Below the pieces are notes generated by a model that did no database searches, was not told the origin of the DNA, and saw only the letters and a program-made list of their open reading frames with translations. DNA of 64,000 bases from Trichoplax adhaerens (taxonomy: Eukaryota > Animalia > Placozoa), in NCBI RefSeq assembly GCF_000150275.1, contig NW_002060943.1, positions 5,290,008 to 5,354,007 of the forward strand, written 5' to 3'. Shown piece after piece: positions 45,963-59,772 of this stretch (positions are counted from its first letter, which is position 1; each line of letters starts with the position of its first letter). The translations under genes were made by a program, and so were the position numbers.

Positions 45963-48900
45963 TTATAAACAGCAAGATCCTTTTCTTGCTGTATCGCTTG
46001 CATTTTCCTCAGTATTTAGCCGTACAAAACTTCGAGCGCGATATAGATCTAATTTTTTACGTTTCAGACCATCCATTTGTCGTTGCATCAGGTGTCTGAT
46101 GAAATAAGGTTAATAAAGTAAGGTATAAGCAAAATAATGATATAGAAAAAAACCTGAAATTAATGCAAAATTAAATTTGACATTACCGAACTAACTGATG
46201 AAAGCTTTCTTCAACACTTTCGCCAGTTTTAGCACTACACTCTGTAAACATGGCGTCATGAAGCTAAAATAAGATTAGATATAGAGAAATTGGTAAAAAA
46301 TTGGACCCATAAATTATTCGAAATTTTATGATTATAGTCGGTACTTAAAAGAGATACTTGAAACTTCTAAAGCAACAGTAGATCTATCTTATGTAACTCT
46401 AAAATTAATAGAGATCTTATGACTATAATTGGTACCGGCACTTAAAGAAACAATTGAAATTTATAAAGCAGCAGTAGATCTATCTTTATCCACTAAAATA
46501 TTTAAATTTATATACAATGACTCAGCTCATTTATTTTCTATACATCGTTGTTATTTTACCATAGCTAAACGTGAGCCGGTGTCAGATTTGATTTCTCTTT
46601 GATCTTGTAAATCCAATTTGTTACCGGTAATCATAATTAATACGTTCTCACTAGCGTTATCCTGCATTAAATTTGATATAGAAAACAGGCTAAAAACGTT
46701 ACTATTTGTATAGTTGGTACAATTTTAAGTAATATACTAAAATTTTGGTGTAGAAGTCAAGACTAAATATCCTTAAGATGATGAAATTACCCGCGACGAG
46801 TTTTCTACTAGTAACTAGAAGTGCAACTCAAATTCGTAGCTAATTGATGCTATGTTAAGGGCTAGTAAAACAATTTTATGCTATATCAGCTTAAGTTTCA
46901 CATGTACCTTAATGTCTGCAATCCATCCTTGTATATTGGCAAAAGATTCTTGTCGTGTAATATCGTAGAGTAAAAGAATTCCATTAGCATCCCGGTAATA
47001 GGATTGCGGAAGACTACGAAATCTATATTGAAATAAAATTAGAAGAATTCTTTAAGCTTTTTTTGCTCTTGATGTTCGATAGATTAACTTAAAATTGGAG
47101 TTTAAATTTATCATACGCGAGATTGCCAAAGTCTCTATTACAATTGTAAGCTAATTATATTTGAAGAATTTTCGAAAAATCAGTTTCAATATGAGTACCT
47201 TTCTTGGCCGACAGTATCCCATACTTGCAATGAAACCGGCGTATCATCAACCATGACAGTAGACATTTCAAATCCAATATCTTGGGTTAACATAGGCATG
47301 ATGAAAAGAGTATCAGTTTAGAATTTACGTTATCGTATCATGCAGTAAACAGAATGATTATCTCAGATTTTATATCATTCCTATTAAGCTAGTTAGCTAT
47401 GGCGATAAACTAAAGTCGCAGTAATAACCTAGTGTAACTCGATGGTCCTCAACAAAGTCATCGTAGCAAAATCGATGAATAAAACTGGTCTTGCCAACTC
47501 CAGAGTCTCCAACAAGGACAATTTTAAAGACATTTAAAGTTTTCTTCTGCAAATATATCGAATAAATAGAAGTAGATGATTAGAAGTAGATCTACTTGTA
47601 CCAATATTGTCTAGCAATGAGTATCACTGATGTCAACAGATTATTATTATAAAGGACTCCGAGAATTCGGAAGCGTGGAATTACTTTATGATTATAATAT
47701 TAGTATTAACTATACTTAAGCTATTCAAAATTTCTTACCTTTAATGACATTTTTCGAAACGTTGCCTTTTTAGCAGGCTTAATATCCGAGACTGTATTAT
47801 TCTAGAATATCGTTTAAGGTAGTAAAAATAGAAATAGTAATCAAGCATTATCCACCTTGAGAAGGATAAGGAGCTGGTAGCAAAGTATGAGATATAGTAT
47901 CACCAATGGGGAATGTAAGTTGGATAATGCTAAATCTTATACATTACTTTATCCTTATCCTGGATCACTAGGCTTTCCACTTGACCATTATGGTTACTCT
48001 CATTGCTATATAGAATAAGAAATATCGTGTTTAAAAGTCCGAATATTTTAAAATTAGAGACGAATTACTACAAGTAATTATAAGCAATAACTAAGATTGT
48101 TTTATGCCAGGGACTTCTAAGAGAATTGCCTCTTAGATGTACCCGTTTATGCTATATACTTTAGACTAACCTGTTATATTTGATTTGTTCTGATTCTGCT
48201 GCCATCAATCGATTCAGATTGCCGCTACCATTACTATTCATAGCTAGCATGCTTTGTAGGGATTCATTTAGCTGCGGACAAACGACAAAATGGTCAATGA
48301 TGTCTAATCGCTAAAGTATACTAAGGCAAGAAGGCATTATCTACTTCATCTTAATACTAGTTTTACATGGGTTTAGATGGATAAGTTTGGGAAGAACAGA
48401 GAGTTATTTGCTCATAAAGGTCAACTTTTATACTTTACTATAAATGTAATGTTTACAGGGAAATTATCTTATTATCCTTGTTGTATAGATATATTTTATA
48501 CAGAGTAATGCTGTCCTAATTGTACATTAAAGTCTTTGTTAATTCTCAATTTAGATACTACTATATAATTTCATAACTATACCGCCATTAAATGATATAG
48601 ATATGAGTACTCACTTGTAGAAGAGCTTCATTTTCATTTCGGACTTCTATTTCTGATCTTTTAATCATTTTTAATAACTTATTTAACTATAATAAAATCC
48701 CAAACAAATGATTAATAAAGGTTGTAATAGGATTTATAATTCGAACTAGAATCGTCTAAGCTCGTAAACTGTACACTCACTTAGATACAAGTGAAATGAA
48801 CTGAAGTAGTAATTAACATGGCTATTATTTTGCTATAGTTTATTCACCATTTACCTCTTGATTCCTTTCGTCCATGAAGGCCTTCTCCTTTTCATATTCG

Positions 48901-51900
48901 GTAACCTTTGCTTCGAGCTGTGATAATAGGAAAAATATCATTAGCATTAAGAGTTGCATATTCCCTTCTTATATCATTCAGAGTAATGTCTGCTATATCA
49001 ACGTTAATCTAGTATAATAAGATGTAGGAGGACGATAGAATAGCTAAAAATTGAAAATATTCCAATATCTTTCGTACCTCATGTTTCTCATGAAGTAATA
49101 GATTAAGTTGTTGATTTATATCCATTAAATTAAAGGAGCGATCGCTAATTATCGAAGGCTGATTAGGAACTTGATCGGAAACGCCATCAACGTCTATCCC
49201 CATCTAACATGTAATAGATTAAATGATAATTAATTTCGAGACCAACACGAAGTTATCGGTCGCGGCTGCTACCGTAGAATTTTTTCTGACTATAGCATCT
49301 TATTTCTATGCACTACCCAATGCTAAGTAAGGCAAGAGATTTAAAATTAAATAAGAAGTCCTAGAGGACAGCGCAAGAGGCGGTTATGCTACGTATATGA
49401 TATCTTTTCCAGATAGTCATTTCTGTGATTTCTTGCTATTGACTACCGTATCTGATGCTTCATGGAGAAGATGATTTCAAAGTTGACTAAGAAGGTCATT
49501 ATCATCATAAACATAGTGATTACCCTCATTTCTGTTTTTACTATATAGACTGTATTGACGAATATCGGATTCTTTATATTGCTACAGGAAGAGTATACCC
49601 ATACTTAAGGATTAAAGATTAACTAAGAAAGGTAAAAATATATAACGGCATAGATTGTGTCTATTGATATCTCTCCTAAAGGCAAAAGCTAAATTTTCCA
49701 TCAATTATCAAATAGCTAATAAATAAAAAGGACTTCAGATGAATCAGTAACTTAACAAATAGCTAAAATTATCTTAGCTAATTTTTATATTGATCGTCAG
49801 TTGCTATGCTACTATTGATGATGAAATCGAGAAAATCAGCATAAAATTGCCATTCGATATCTATTTTTACACGCTAACCGTTCCTTTTTTCATAATGTAT
49901 TAGTAAGATCATTTTTAATTAAGTATTATTTAACAAATACTGAATATCTACTTACTGACTGATCTTGGTCTTCCTTAATACTTTCCTCAACAACTTCGAT
50001 AATATGGATCAAATGATCAAGCTCCTCTTGACTTGATCGTCAATGGATATAAATAAAGTAGAACAGGAATAAACAATTCTCTTAATATCATTAAAAACAA
50101 AGCAATAGTTCTTCTACTCTAGAGAACTAGTTCATACTCAAACCGTTGAATGCGCGTGATTACAAAACATAACTCATTAATATTGTTACTAATTCAATTA
50201 GTTTTTTATTAGCATAAGTCAATATTGCCAGCTACGATCACCTTTACGATATTGGAATGCTGTACATAGCATTCTATATCTTATATTAGAGTTGCAAAAT
50301 AATTTATTTTCAATGCTATCGAATGTAGTAATTTCTCCGCTATACCTGCCAGGTTGGACACCAATCTTTTTTTGCTTTTCGTAATATTGATTACAGACTT
50401 GTTTTAATGCTTTTTCAAATTGCGGTAGTAATGAAGGTTTCTTTTCATAAATTTCGTAATATCTTAAAATTAGCTTGGACAGTATGCCTTCGTAGCTATA
50501 AATAAAATTATAAAGAAAGACTTATATTGTTATAATTCAAACTCTTCATTTTACTCTGTAGTTTATTTATCAAGCTAATCTAAACATGGTCCAATTTTAT
50601 TAGAATGGAATACTAATAATATTCAGCAAGCCATTATTATACAATTACAACGTTGTACTCTATCCCTTTGAAGTATTAACAAAAATGATTTTAGAGATAG
50701 CGTGAATGCAAAAATGTTATTATAATCATGGTAATAAGGCATAATGTACTTGGATAAACCGCAACATGAGTTATAATCATGGTCTAGCATGAGCTGATTT
50801 TTTTTACTTGTCTATTTAGATGTTTCCGATTGATGATATCCTCGATTTACATGTTATGATTACAATCGTATTACATGTCTAGTTAGGGGATAAGCGGCAT
50901 TCAATGATTTCATGTATCCTAATTTAACTTTGCCGAGGACTATATTAATCATCGTTATCGTAAATAACAAAGCATAATTCTAATAGCTACAGTTGTATCA
51001 ACAGTCGCTTTATTTGAAGAAGAAATGACCATGACCTGTTCTTAATAAATGGACTAAATTATAGGATAATGCTATTAAATTGCTACATCATCAAATTGAT
51101 TGCTGTTTCTATGTACATAATCTTACATGGAAAATTAATATTTTTGCTATATATAGTAGAGATCTACAGTCATAAATAGAATACATGTTATAATTCAGTT
51201 AATACGTATATGTGTCAAGCTACACTCGTTTTGAGCCAAATTGAATTGTTTTCTTGTCTCCATGCGCTCAGTAATATAAGTCAAAAAATAGATAGTAAAA
51301 TAGGTAGTGTTCAAATTGAGTTCACATCTGATAAAATGTAGGTAGAAAGAATAGGATGAAATATCACATAATTCCTTTTTGACAGATGAATTTCTGGTTA
51401 GTAAATTTAAATTAAGAAAAAAGAACAATTCTTCTTTCTCGTGTAGCAATTAATAAGATTCGAAAAAATAAATACTAATTATTCTACGATGATTCAAAAA
51501 CAAACTGTATCAGCTTATACATATTAATTAGGAATGATAACTAATGAAATCACTGTCAATATTAGCAAGCTCTTCGAAGAAAAGGTGTTTAGTTTTACAT
51601 TTAAAGGATAATGAGCAAGATGGGATAATTAGCACGTCATGTACTTTCTATCACCTGATAACTAGCATAGAGTCATGGGTAAATAGTGACTTAAACTTGG
51701 ACAAATTTATGATTGTGATAGGCAATTCATTACGTCATAAATCAGACAAATGTACCTATTTCCGGTTAAAAGAATAGTAAAAAGGTTTAAATAGGTAGTT
51801 ACAGTAAAGAATAATAAAGAAGAGAATTTTAAGATGGGTTATCTTAGCCAGGGACCACTAGAAGGTTTGCCTCTACTAATTTACGTTTTAGCCCATACTT

Positions 51901-54900
51901 ATACAAATTTAGTAAAATTGTTTATAATATTAGTCATCGGCTCGTAATTAACTATAGGATATGGATAATAAGTAATTGTTATGAAATTTTAATAACGTTT
52001 GGGGTAAGATAGTAATAATATCGATAAAACCTGTCTACTTTGCGTTATTATTTATACTATCACATTATAATATTAGTCATCAGCTCGTAGTTAGCTATGG
52101 AATATGGATAACTTGTAATTGCTATGAAATTTTAATAACCTTGGTGCAAGTTATTAATAATATCAGTAAAGTATGTCTATTTTGCATAATTAATTATACC
52201 ATCAACATTATAATGTTAGTCATTGGCTCGTAGTTAGCTGTGGGATGTGGATAACATGTTATAAATATTTTATAACAGCGGTGTAACTTAGTAATAATAT
52301 CGATAAGAATACGCCTATATAGCATTATCTTTTATACTATCACATTACAACATTAGCTATTAGCTCATAGTTAGCTATGGAATATGGATAAGAAGTAATA
52401 GTTATGAAATTTTAATAGCTGTGGTGTAAGTTGGTAGTAATATCAATAAAATCATGTTATTTTGAATTGTTATTTATACGGTCATACTAAAGTAAAGTAG
52501 TAAGGAATATCAGTTGATTACTACTCTATCAAAATATTATTATGATAGATATTCTTTAGAGCTACAGCGCAGCCATAATTAATAACTATTTCTTATTCGA
52601 TAGAAGTACAAAACTCTCTCTCTCTAGGAATATAAGTCTATCTCTACTCTATCTAAAAACACAATTACTAGCACAATGCCGTATTTCAGATCATAATTTT
52701 TTTATTGATCTGTTAAACATAAGTATGCAGACATAGATCAGAATCTATGAATATTTTAGGCACTATTGGCTGCCTACTTGTATAATGTGATTATAAGGAA
52801 ATTATTGTCCGCTAAATTTTGTAAGTAAGGAGAAAAACAATTCAATCTTTTATGATGATGTTCAAGCAGATGATGTCAATGGTTGAAAAAATGATATCGA
52901 GACCTTTACTGTATCACTATGCTAAATAAAATTCTACCCAACTTATTTCTATAGTCAACAGGCAACCTGAATACCCTCTTACTCACTAGTAAAGACTAAT
53001 CGCTTTGCCAAACTTGGTTTTTGTGAAGCTAAACCTATTTCATGGTGTATTTTTAAAGTAATATTTCAGCGGCAACATTTATTGAGTCGTATTTAGATTC
53101 ATTATACCTTCAATTTTTTATTGATTTCATACAGGATAATGATAATTCACGTTGCGAGCTGTTTATTTTTAAACCCTTCTAAGCGATTAGATGGGAGTAA
53201 AATCGTTACTTTACAGCATAAAGTAAGATTTGTAATGGCAGCAAAATTTCTGATTGGATTTTATACGTAGATCAGAAAACGACAAAATGATTCATTTCAT
53301 TGAGGCTGTATTCTGTTACTATAGGTTAAAAACTGTAACTTGTAAACATTTCTAGGCAGCTAGATGGAATGGAATACCTAAATTATAGTGTAGTAAGATC
53401 TATTCACAGTAAAAATTTCTGAATAAGTTTTAAACGTACACTGAAAGACAGTAAGATATTTCACGTGGTAGCATCCTACTACTACGCGTTGCATCCCGTT
53501 ATTTGTAGATACTTCTAAGCAGCTGGATGGAGTAGAATAACTACCGATACTCCCTAAAGTTATAAAAGCACAATTATTCAAGGGTAATTTCATGAACGAG
53601 AATGGAGTAATTTTATAATACGATATCATAGGAGATAGCCTTACATGCCTGCTGAAAATGGTGAAGAAGAATCATTTTGATCAAGGTTGGAAGTACAACC
53701 TTGTTATTGTATCTTGATCCTTAGCACAACTAGACTAGATCTGAAGTGGAGTAGATAAACTATTTTTAATAGTTAACCTAATGCAGATAAGAATACTTTT
53801 AAAGCTTTTATTTGTTATTACCCTCTATCTCTTGGATCAACTATGGGTTAATAAGATGTGATATCTTTCATATATCTGAATCTTAGACTTGGTTAATATT
53901 AGTATAGTAATACACAACAATATCCAATTAATGAATAGAAAAAGAGGATAACTTTGGTCCACACGACGTCTTACTGAATTGCTTCTTCTCCCTCAGAGCT
54001 ACTTGTATGCATTATAATGGCTACCTTCGCTGGTCAATGACTCGAAAGTTATAGAATGGATCGTGTACTATAATACTCGTATATGAGTAATCCATGTTGC
54101 GCTCTTTTATGTCCCCCTTTTGTAACAAAGCAAGTCAATAATTTTTTTATGTCGTATTTGATTGCATATTGAATTTAGGAGTAATGTTACAAGCTTGAAT
54201 AATAACCAAAGGCCCAGCAGGCCTTTTGAAAATGACGACGTGTGTTCTTGTATAACTTAAGTATAGAAGGTGGACATTGGATTGAACTTATTCTTACAGC
54301 GGGTTTCAAATCAAAATTTGATAAACTTTAGTGTAAAGTTTCCTATTGGAATACGGAAATCCTTCTGTATAAAGGAGTTTAACATTCGATATCGCCTGTA
54401 AGTAACCATTCTGCAAGTAATTTGAATCACTTTACTGGTAATTCTAGCAGCGTTAGTCATTTATAACCGGTAAAATTAAAGGTCAGTGGAATTAAGATTA
54501 GCGTTAATAATAGAAAGAGCCAGTAGTGATCTAGATGTAATTATTTTCGGTTTAGTTTGGTAGTCCTTTCCTCTAGTATCGTTGGTGCCTATTTAGCTAA
54601 ACGAGCGTAATAAGTAGGAGAGATAGAGATACTCTAATTGGGCTTAAAAAGGACTGATGAGAGGCTTCTTAAATTGGGCACTAAAAGCCATTCTACGTAT
54701 TCAAATCATTGGAAATATCATGTTTATTAATGTGCTATATTAAATTTATGATCGTAGTGATAACACAGCACGAAGTGATAACTGAAAATGCCTGAGTAGC
54801 ATTCTATATCAGTATACTATGGATAGTCCAATGATCACAGAGATGTTGTATTCGACATCGATGAGGAATAAGGGTGGAAAAATCTTTATACCTTGCCATT

Positions 54901-56692
54901 AAGGCAAATGATGGATTATAATCAAATTTTAGCTGTCGTCGACAGCGTTCAATGGCTATCACGGGGATAACATGACCTAATCTCACTCTAGTGGTCTGAG
55001 CAATTCATCACCTAATCAGGGTAGCCATTGAACGTCGAATTGTCAATGCAGTATAACATCGTTAAGGAAGGATCTTTTCACTTGCTATGGAGAATACAAA
55101 ATGAAATAGAGATCCTCACATTGGATTAACAGGGGGACTGGTAGGTATAGCTTTTATGTTGTCGGCGACAAAGTAACAAGCAAAGGTACTATAGGCTGAA
55201 AAAATTTTGAAAAAATTTTGAAATAGAAAATAAATGTTCTCATTGTTTTCCCCGGTGTCGGTATATAAATTTCTCGATTGGCTAATAAATACTTTATCGA
55301 ATAGGTAAAATTTAGGCTAGTGTTTGAAAAGGGAAAAATAACGTCGTAAAATGATCATTTAATATCAACATTATCAATCTTGAGTAAAACCTGATATGAA
55401 ATAAGAGCTTAATCGCCTACTAATACTTTGTCAAATAGGTAAGCTAGTTTTCAGAAAGATGAAAACATAATTAGATAGGCTAATTTTTGAGAAAGAGTGG
55501 AGTAAAATAAAATAAGCTACTTTTCAGAGAGGTTAAAATAAAATTAAATATCCTGGTTTCCGGAAAGAGTAGAATAAAATAGATAAGCTAGTATTTAGAA
55601 AGATTAAATAAGATTAAATATACCGGATTTAGCCAAGAGTAGATTAAAGGCTTAAAAATATTAGCTAATATCATCATGGTCATTTCAGAGTCGATTCTTT
55701 AATTTAATTCTATTATCTAATATTAAAGGAGAATCTCTGGATCGCAAAATAAATACTTTATCAAATAGGTAAACCAGTTTTGAAAAGAGTAGAATCAAGA
55801 CTTGATAGAGATTGGCTAATATCATCATGGCCAATCTTGGGTAAACTTGTTAACTCTATTATCTAATATTAAACAAAAACTTTTGCATCGTCTAATAAAT
55901 ACTTTATCGAAAATAGGTAAGATTTAGGTTACGGTAGTTTTTAGAAAGAGTAGAACTACGACTTGAAAAAAGATCGTTTAATTAGTATCATTACGGGCAA
56001 TCTTGAGTAGATTCGTTCATTTTCTGTTATTGAATATGAAACACGAACATCTGGATAGTCTAAAATATACTCCATCAAGTGGTTAAGATTTAAGTTCGTT
56101 TTTAGAAAGAGTGGAATAAAGAGTTGCAAAAAAATAATGACTAATATCATCGTGGCCAATCTTGAGTAAACTCGTTAATTCTATTATCCAATATGAAACA
56201 AAAAACTTGCAGTATGGAGAATAATAATGAACAGCACTTGCATAAACATGGCTAGAATTCTCATTCTATTCTTTTTCATTCGACCCATGTTAGTTAATTA
56301 ATCTTTAGCCACCCCAAAAATAAATTGTTGTCGATCGGTCTTATTCATAAATAACTAGATTAAAGTGTCAAACAATTTCAAGTCGGTTAAGGAAATGATG
56401 TAACTTACCCTCGAAATAAGTCTATCAATTGTAATTTAATAATGTTTTCTTCAATTTCAACCGGTAATAAGATTTCTTCTTTAGCATCATCGTCGTCCAA
56501 ACTATTGGGCCGATTTTGTCCATTTAATATACTACTTGATCCAGTATTGCTATCACCACTGATGTCATTGAGTGATGAAAAATCGGATTGCATAAAATCA
56601 TCTTCTAATCCAGTACTAGATCGAACAACAACTCGTTTCTTCTTGGACCTTCCATCTACTGATCGCTGTTGAGTCTCTCCCGTTGTTTCCAT
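45963..56692 (-). CDS. Large Rab GTPase, RASEF(Rab45)/CRACR2A(Rab46)/Rab44-like, coiled coil + Rab domain, ~539 aa, 15 exons (56409-56692, 50346-50495, 49956-50031, 49078-49203, 48855-48917, 48615-48686, 48171-48271, 47948-48005, 47739-47801, 47429-47546, 47199-47280, 46908-47022, 46560-46661, 46187-46263, 45963-46095)
   Basis: All introns are phase compatible. KKPSLLPQFEKALKQVCNQY resembles the pre-coiled-coil segment of CRACR2A/RASEF, and heptad-rich exons follow. Rab motifs: FKIVLVGDSGVGKTS, WDTVGQERFRSL, YYRDANG, GNKLD, ECSAKTG and a C-terminal SCCL*. Confidence 0.85.
51920..52485. repeat. Tandem repeat, ~140-bp unit, 4 copies (intronic)
   Basis: tataatattagtcat..gctcgtagttagctatgg.atatggataa occurs at ~51924, 52066, 52209 and 52346. 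Confidence 0.9.
55280..56200. repeat. Degenerate ~150-bp tandem repeat (intronic)
   Basis: Recurring aaatactttatc.aataggtaa, gaaagagtaga and ctaatatcatcatggccaatcttg. Confidence 0.8.
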
Positions 56693-57889
56693 CAAATTTT
56701 AAAATTGGAGGTAATTATAATGGAATCGGAAAAACTGAATAGATTACTATCTTGATCCATGAGGGGAAAAAGAAAGAAAATATAGTCATCTCTTTTGTCC
56801 AATGGAGAAAATATTGACAACATGCGAGTATTTTCAAGAAAGAAGAAATAATCCTTAACACTTACCCGTTCTTAACGAATGAATTACAATCCAACTTGCA
56901 AAAAATTTTACTTATACTCTATTTTCAATCAATCTATACGATGGCGCCTAGCTTACATCGAATAAGCCATCGATGGTGGTTGAAGAAAGTCAATATTTCG
57001 TAGCTCGTCTTAATTAAATTGATTGGTTAGGCAATTTTTAGATAGGAAATATTATTCTTTGTCCAGTCCAAGCCAATAATTCTGTTTTCTTGTTATGAAG
57101 TAAAATAATCCACACCGCGTGTAATCGAACTTCCGTCGTTGTAGGCTTAGAATGACTCTCTTATAAAGATATTAATCGATACAGATCCAATTTAATATAG
57201 AATCATTTAGAATTCAACTAGATCTGACTTGCTTGCCGAAAATAGACCGCAATAATCATTCTAGCCCAATCAACAATGAGTCAAATCAAGGCTGTTGTCG
57301 TCTGAATGCTTGAAATCTTTACAGATTCCTCACGCTCTCTCTACCTTTCATAACGTCGTCCGACTGCTATGGAATCTCCTGCCGATTTTTATCAATAGTT
57401 TAGCTTTCAACATAAATTTAAATCTATCTTTCAACGTTAATGAATAACTTAGTAACAAGCTTTTGTTGTTTTACACACCTATTTGCTAAATGGATGATTA
57501 ACGAAACAATATGTGCATTCTTGTTCAGTAACAACAGCAAAGACAATAACTTATTGGCTAGTTTGTTAAGTGATAGTTCGCCACATTACAACATAGTTTA
57601 TTAGCGCAAGTATGTATTTATTAGCCACTTTTCTATCGATAGTTATGAGTCATATTGCTGACGGTCCTGATGGATTGCAGAATCGAGATGTCGCGATCCT
57701 GGCGTTTTCCATCGGTTATTGACATAGCTTGATCTTATTGACTTTTTGTCGCTATCGTCAACAACTTGCCTATGATTGAGAGTTTGTTAGTATTCTTGGA
57801 GAATGGAAAGAAAAGAATAGAAACAGTTTTATTTGATAGCATGCTAACGGCTGTTGAATTAAAGACATCAAAAGTCTATAATATAAAAA

Positions 57890-58812
57890 ATAGATATCGT
57901 TACCGACTGCTACTGGCTGGGATCTATAATAAACGTTAATTAATTAACAGAGCTCATAACATGGCATTTTGGCAATGATAGAGAGGTCATCCATAGAATC
58001 CTTAACTATAATATTTATTATTTATACGATTCGTTACCAGTTGCTATTATAGACTACTAGGGATCGAATAATAATAACAGAAATTAGAACAGCATTTGGC
58101 AATGATGGAGAGGTCATCAATAGAACCCTTGACTACAATAGTATTTATTAGTCATATTATTGGTTTCTGTCATTACCTCCCAAAATTGATATCTTTACTA
58201 GTTGCTATTGTAGGCTACGACTGGGATCTATTAATAACAGAACTCATAACATAGCATTTTGTAATGATGGAGAAGTTATCAATATAATGCTTGACAATAA
58301 TAATATTTTTAGTCATATCGTTTTCTGTTTTTACCCCAGATAATACCCTTGCTGGTTGCTACTGCAGACTGTTGCTTAGATCTGCTGATTGAAACAAAAC
58401 TCGTAGCTGGGCATCTTTGTGATCGATTGCTACGGCAGACTACTGCTGGGATCTATTGGTTAACAAATGTTATAACATGGCATTTAACAATCATAGAGAG
58501 GTTATCCTTAGAATTCTTGACCATAATATTTTAGTCCCACAGATTTTTATCATTATCCTCTAAAATTGATATCCTTCCCAATGGCTACGGCAGATTGCTA
58601 CTGGGATCGATTGATTAACAGAATTCGTAATATGGCATTTATGCAATCATGAAGAGAATATTGATGGAATTCTTAACTATAATATTTATTAATCATATAA
58701 TATTCTGTTGTAACCTCTCTCCCCAAATTGATACCCCTACCGATTGTTACGGCAGACTACTACTGGGATCTATTGATTAACAGAACTCATAAAATGACAT
58801 TTTTACAATCAT
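57890..58812. repeat. Degenerate ~150-170-bp tandem repeat, 6-7 copies
   Basis: Recurring ctgggatctatt..taacagaactcataacatggcattt. Confidence 0.85.
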
Positions 58813-59389
58813 ATAGTCAGAGATGGATTACGGAACACTAGTTGTCTAAAACATATTTGACTATATTATTTATTATTCCTACAGTTTTCTGATATATCTA
58901 ATCCTCTCATTAATATATAAGTTATAAACACTAGTGCTAATAAGCAAACTTGGAGATACTATCTTATTCGGTGTCTGATAGAGTATCTTATTATGTCAGA
59001 GCCTATCACATTATTGCCTCCTTTTTCAAGTTATATTATCTGTAGCTTTATTTTTACCGTATGTTATTTAACACTGGCATGATATCTTTTCTTCCTATGA
59101 TATGGCCTATGGCATTACTATTTCAATAGACAAGGAGAAATAGGATACTTAATACTATAATACTATTTACTATTTATGTAGTATCTATTTTTTGCCAGGA
59201 TCTAACCTATCATGTCACTGCCCCAATGTAAAAGTCATATTATCTTTGACTATTTATTCTACTATTTAAAACTCAAAATAATAAGAAATTCTACTGGCTA
59301 AAAGTCACGAATTGACTTTTGCCTTCTAACACTTATCTTATTTTCGTTAGATAACATTCTATGGTATTTGTTAAGAATACTATTAAGAT

Positions 59390-59592
59390 AAGTATTATCT
59401 ATGGCGTTACACATTCTTTCATAGATCTATGCATAGTTTTATCACATTATCGATATACTGATAACTAATGGTCCAGTAGATTTACTATAGATTGACTAAT
59501 TTTTCATAAAGTTTGAGCTCAGCTTCGTCTAAGAGAGGCTAGCGGTATTGCTGTTTCTCTTGATGATAGAACATCATCAGTATTTAGACTCT
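59390..59592 (+). repeat. Dispersed ~200-bp repeat, copy 3
   Basis: ttatctatggcgttacacattcttt...gagctcagcttcgtctaagagaggctagcggtatt...cagtattta is colinear with 16315-16520. Confidence 0.75.
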
Positions 59593-59772
59593 TACCGTAG
59601 GTAAATGAACGAAGGATAATCCTGACTGTAAGTGCGTTTTATTTACTATTCTTCCAAACACTATTATGCCATGAAAATCTACTAGCAACGTTATAGTTAT
59701 ATAGATTACTACGTGGTTATGCATAACACTGTACTATAGGGGTGTAATATTATATTTTGTATCTTGCTTTAG

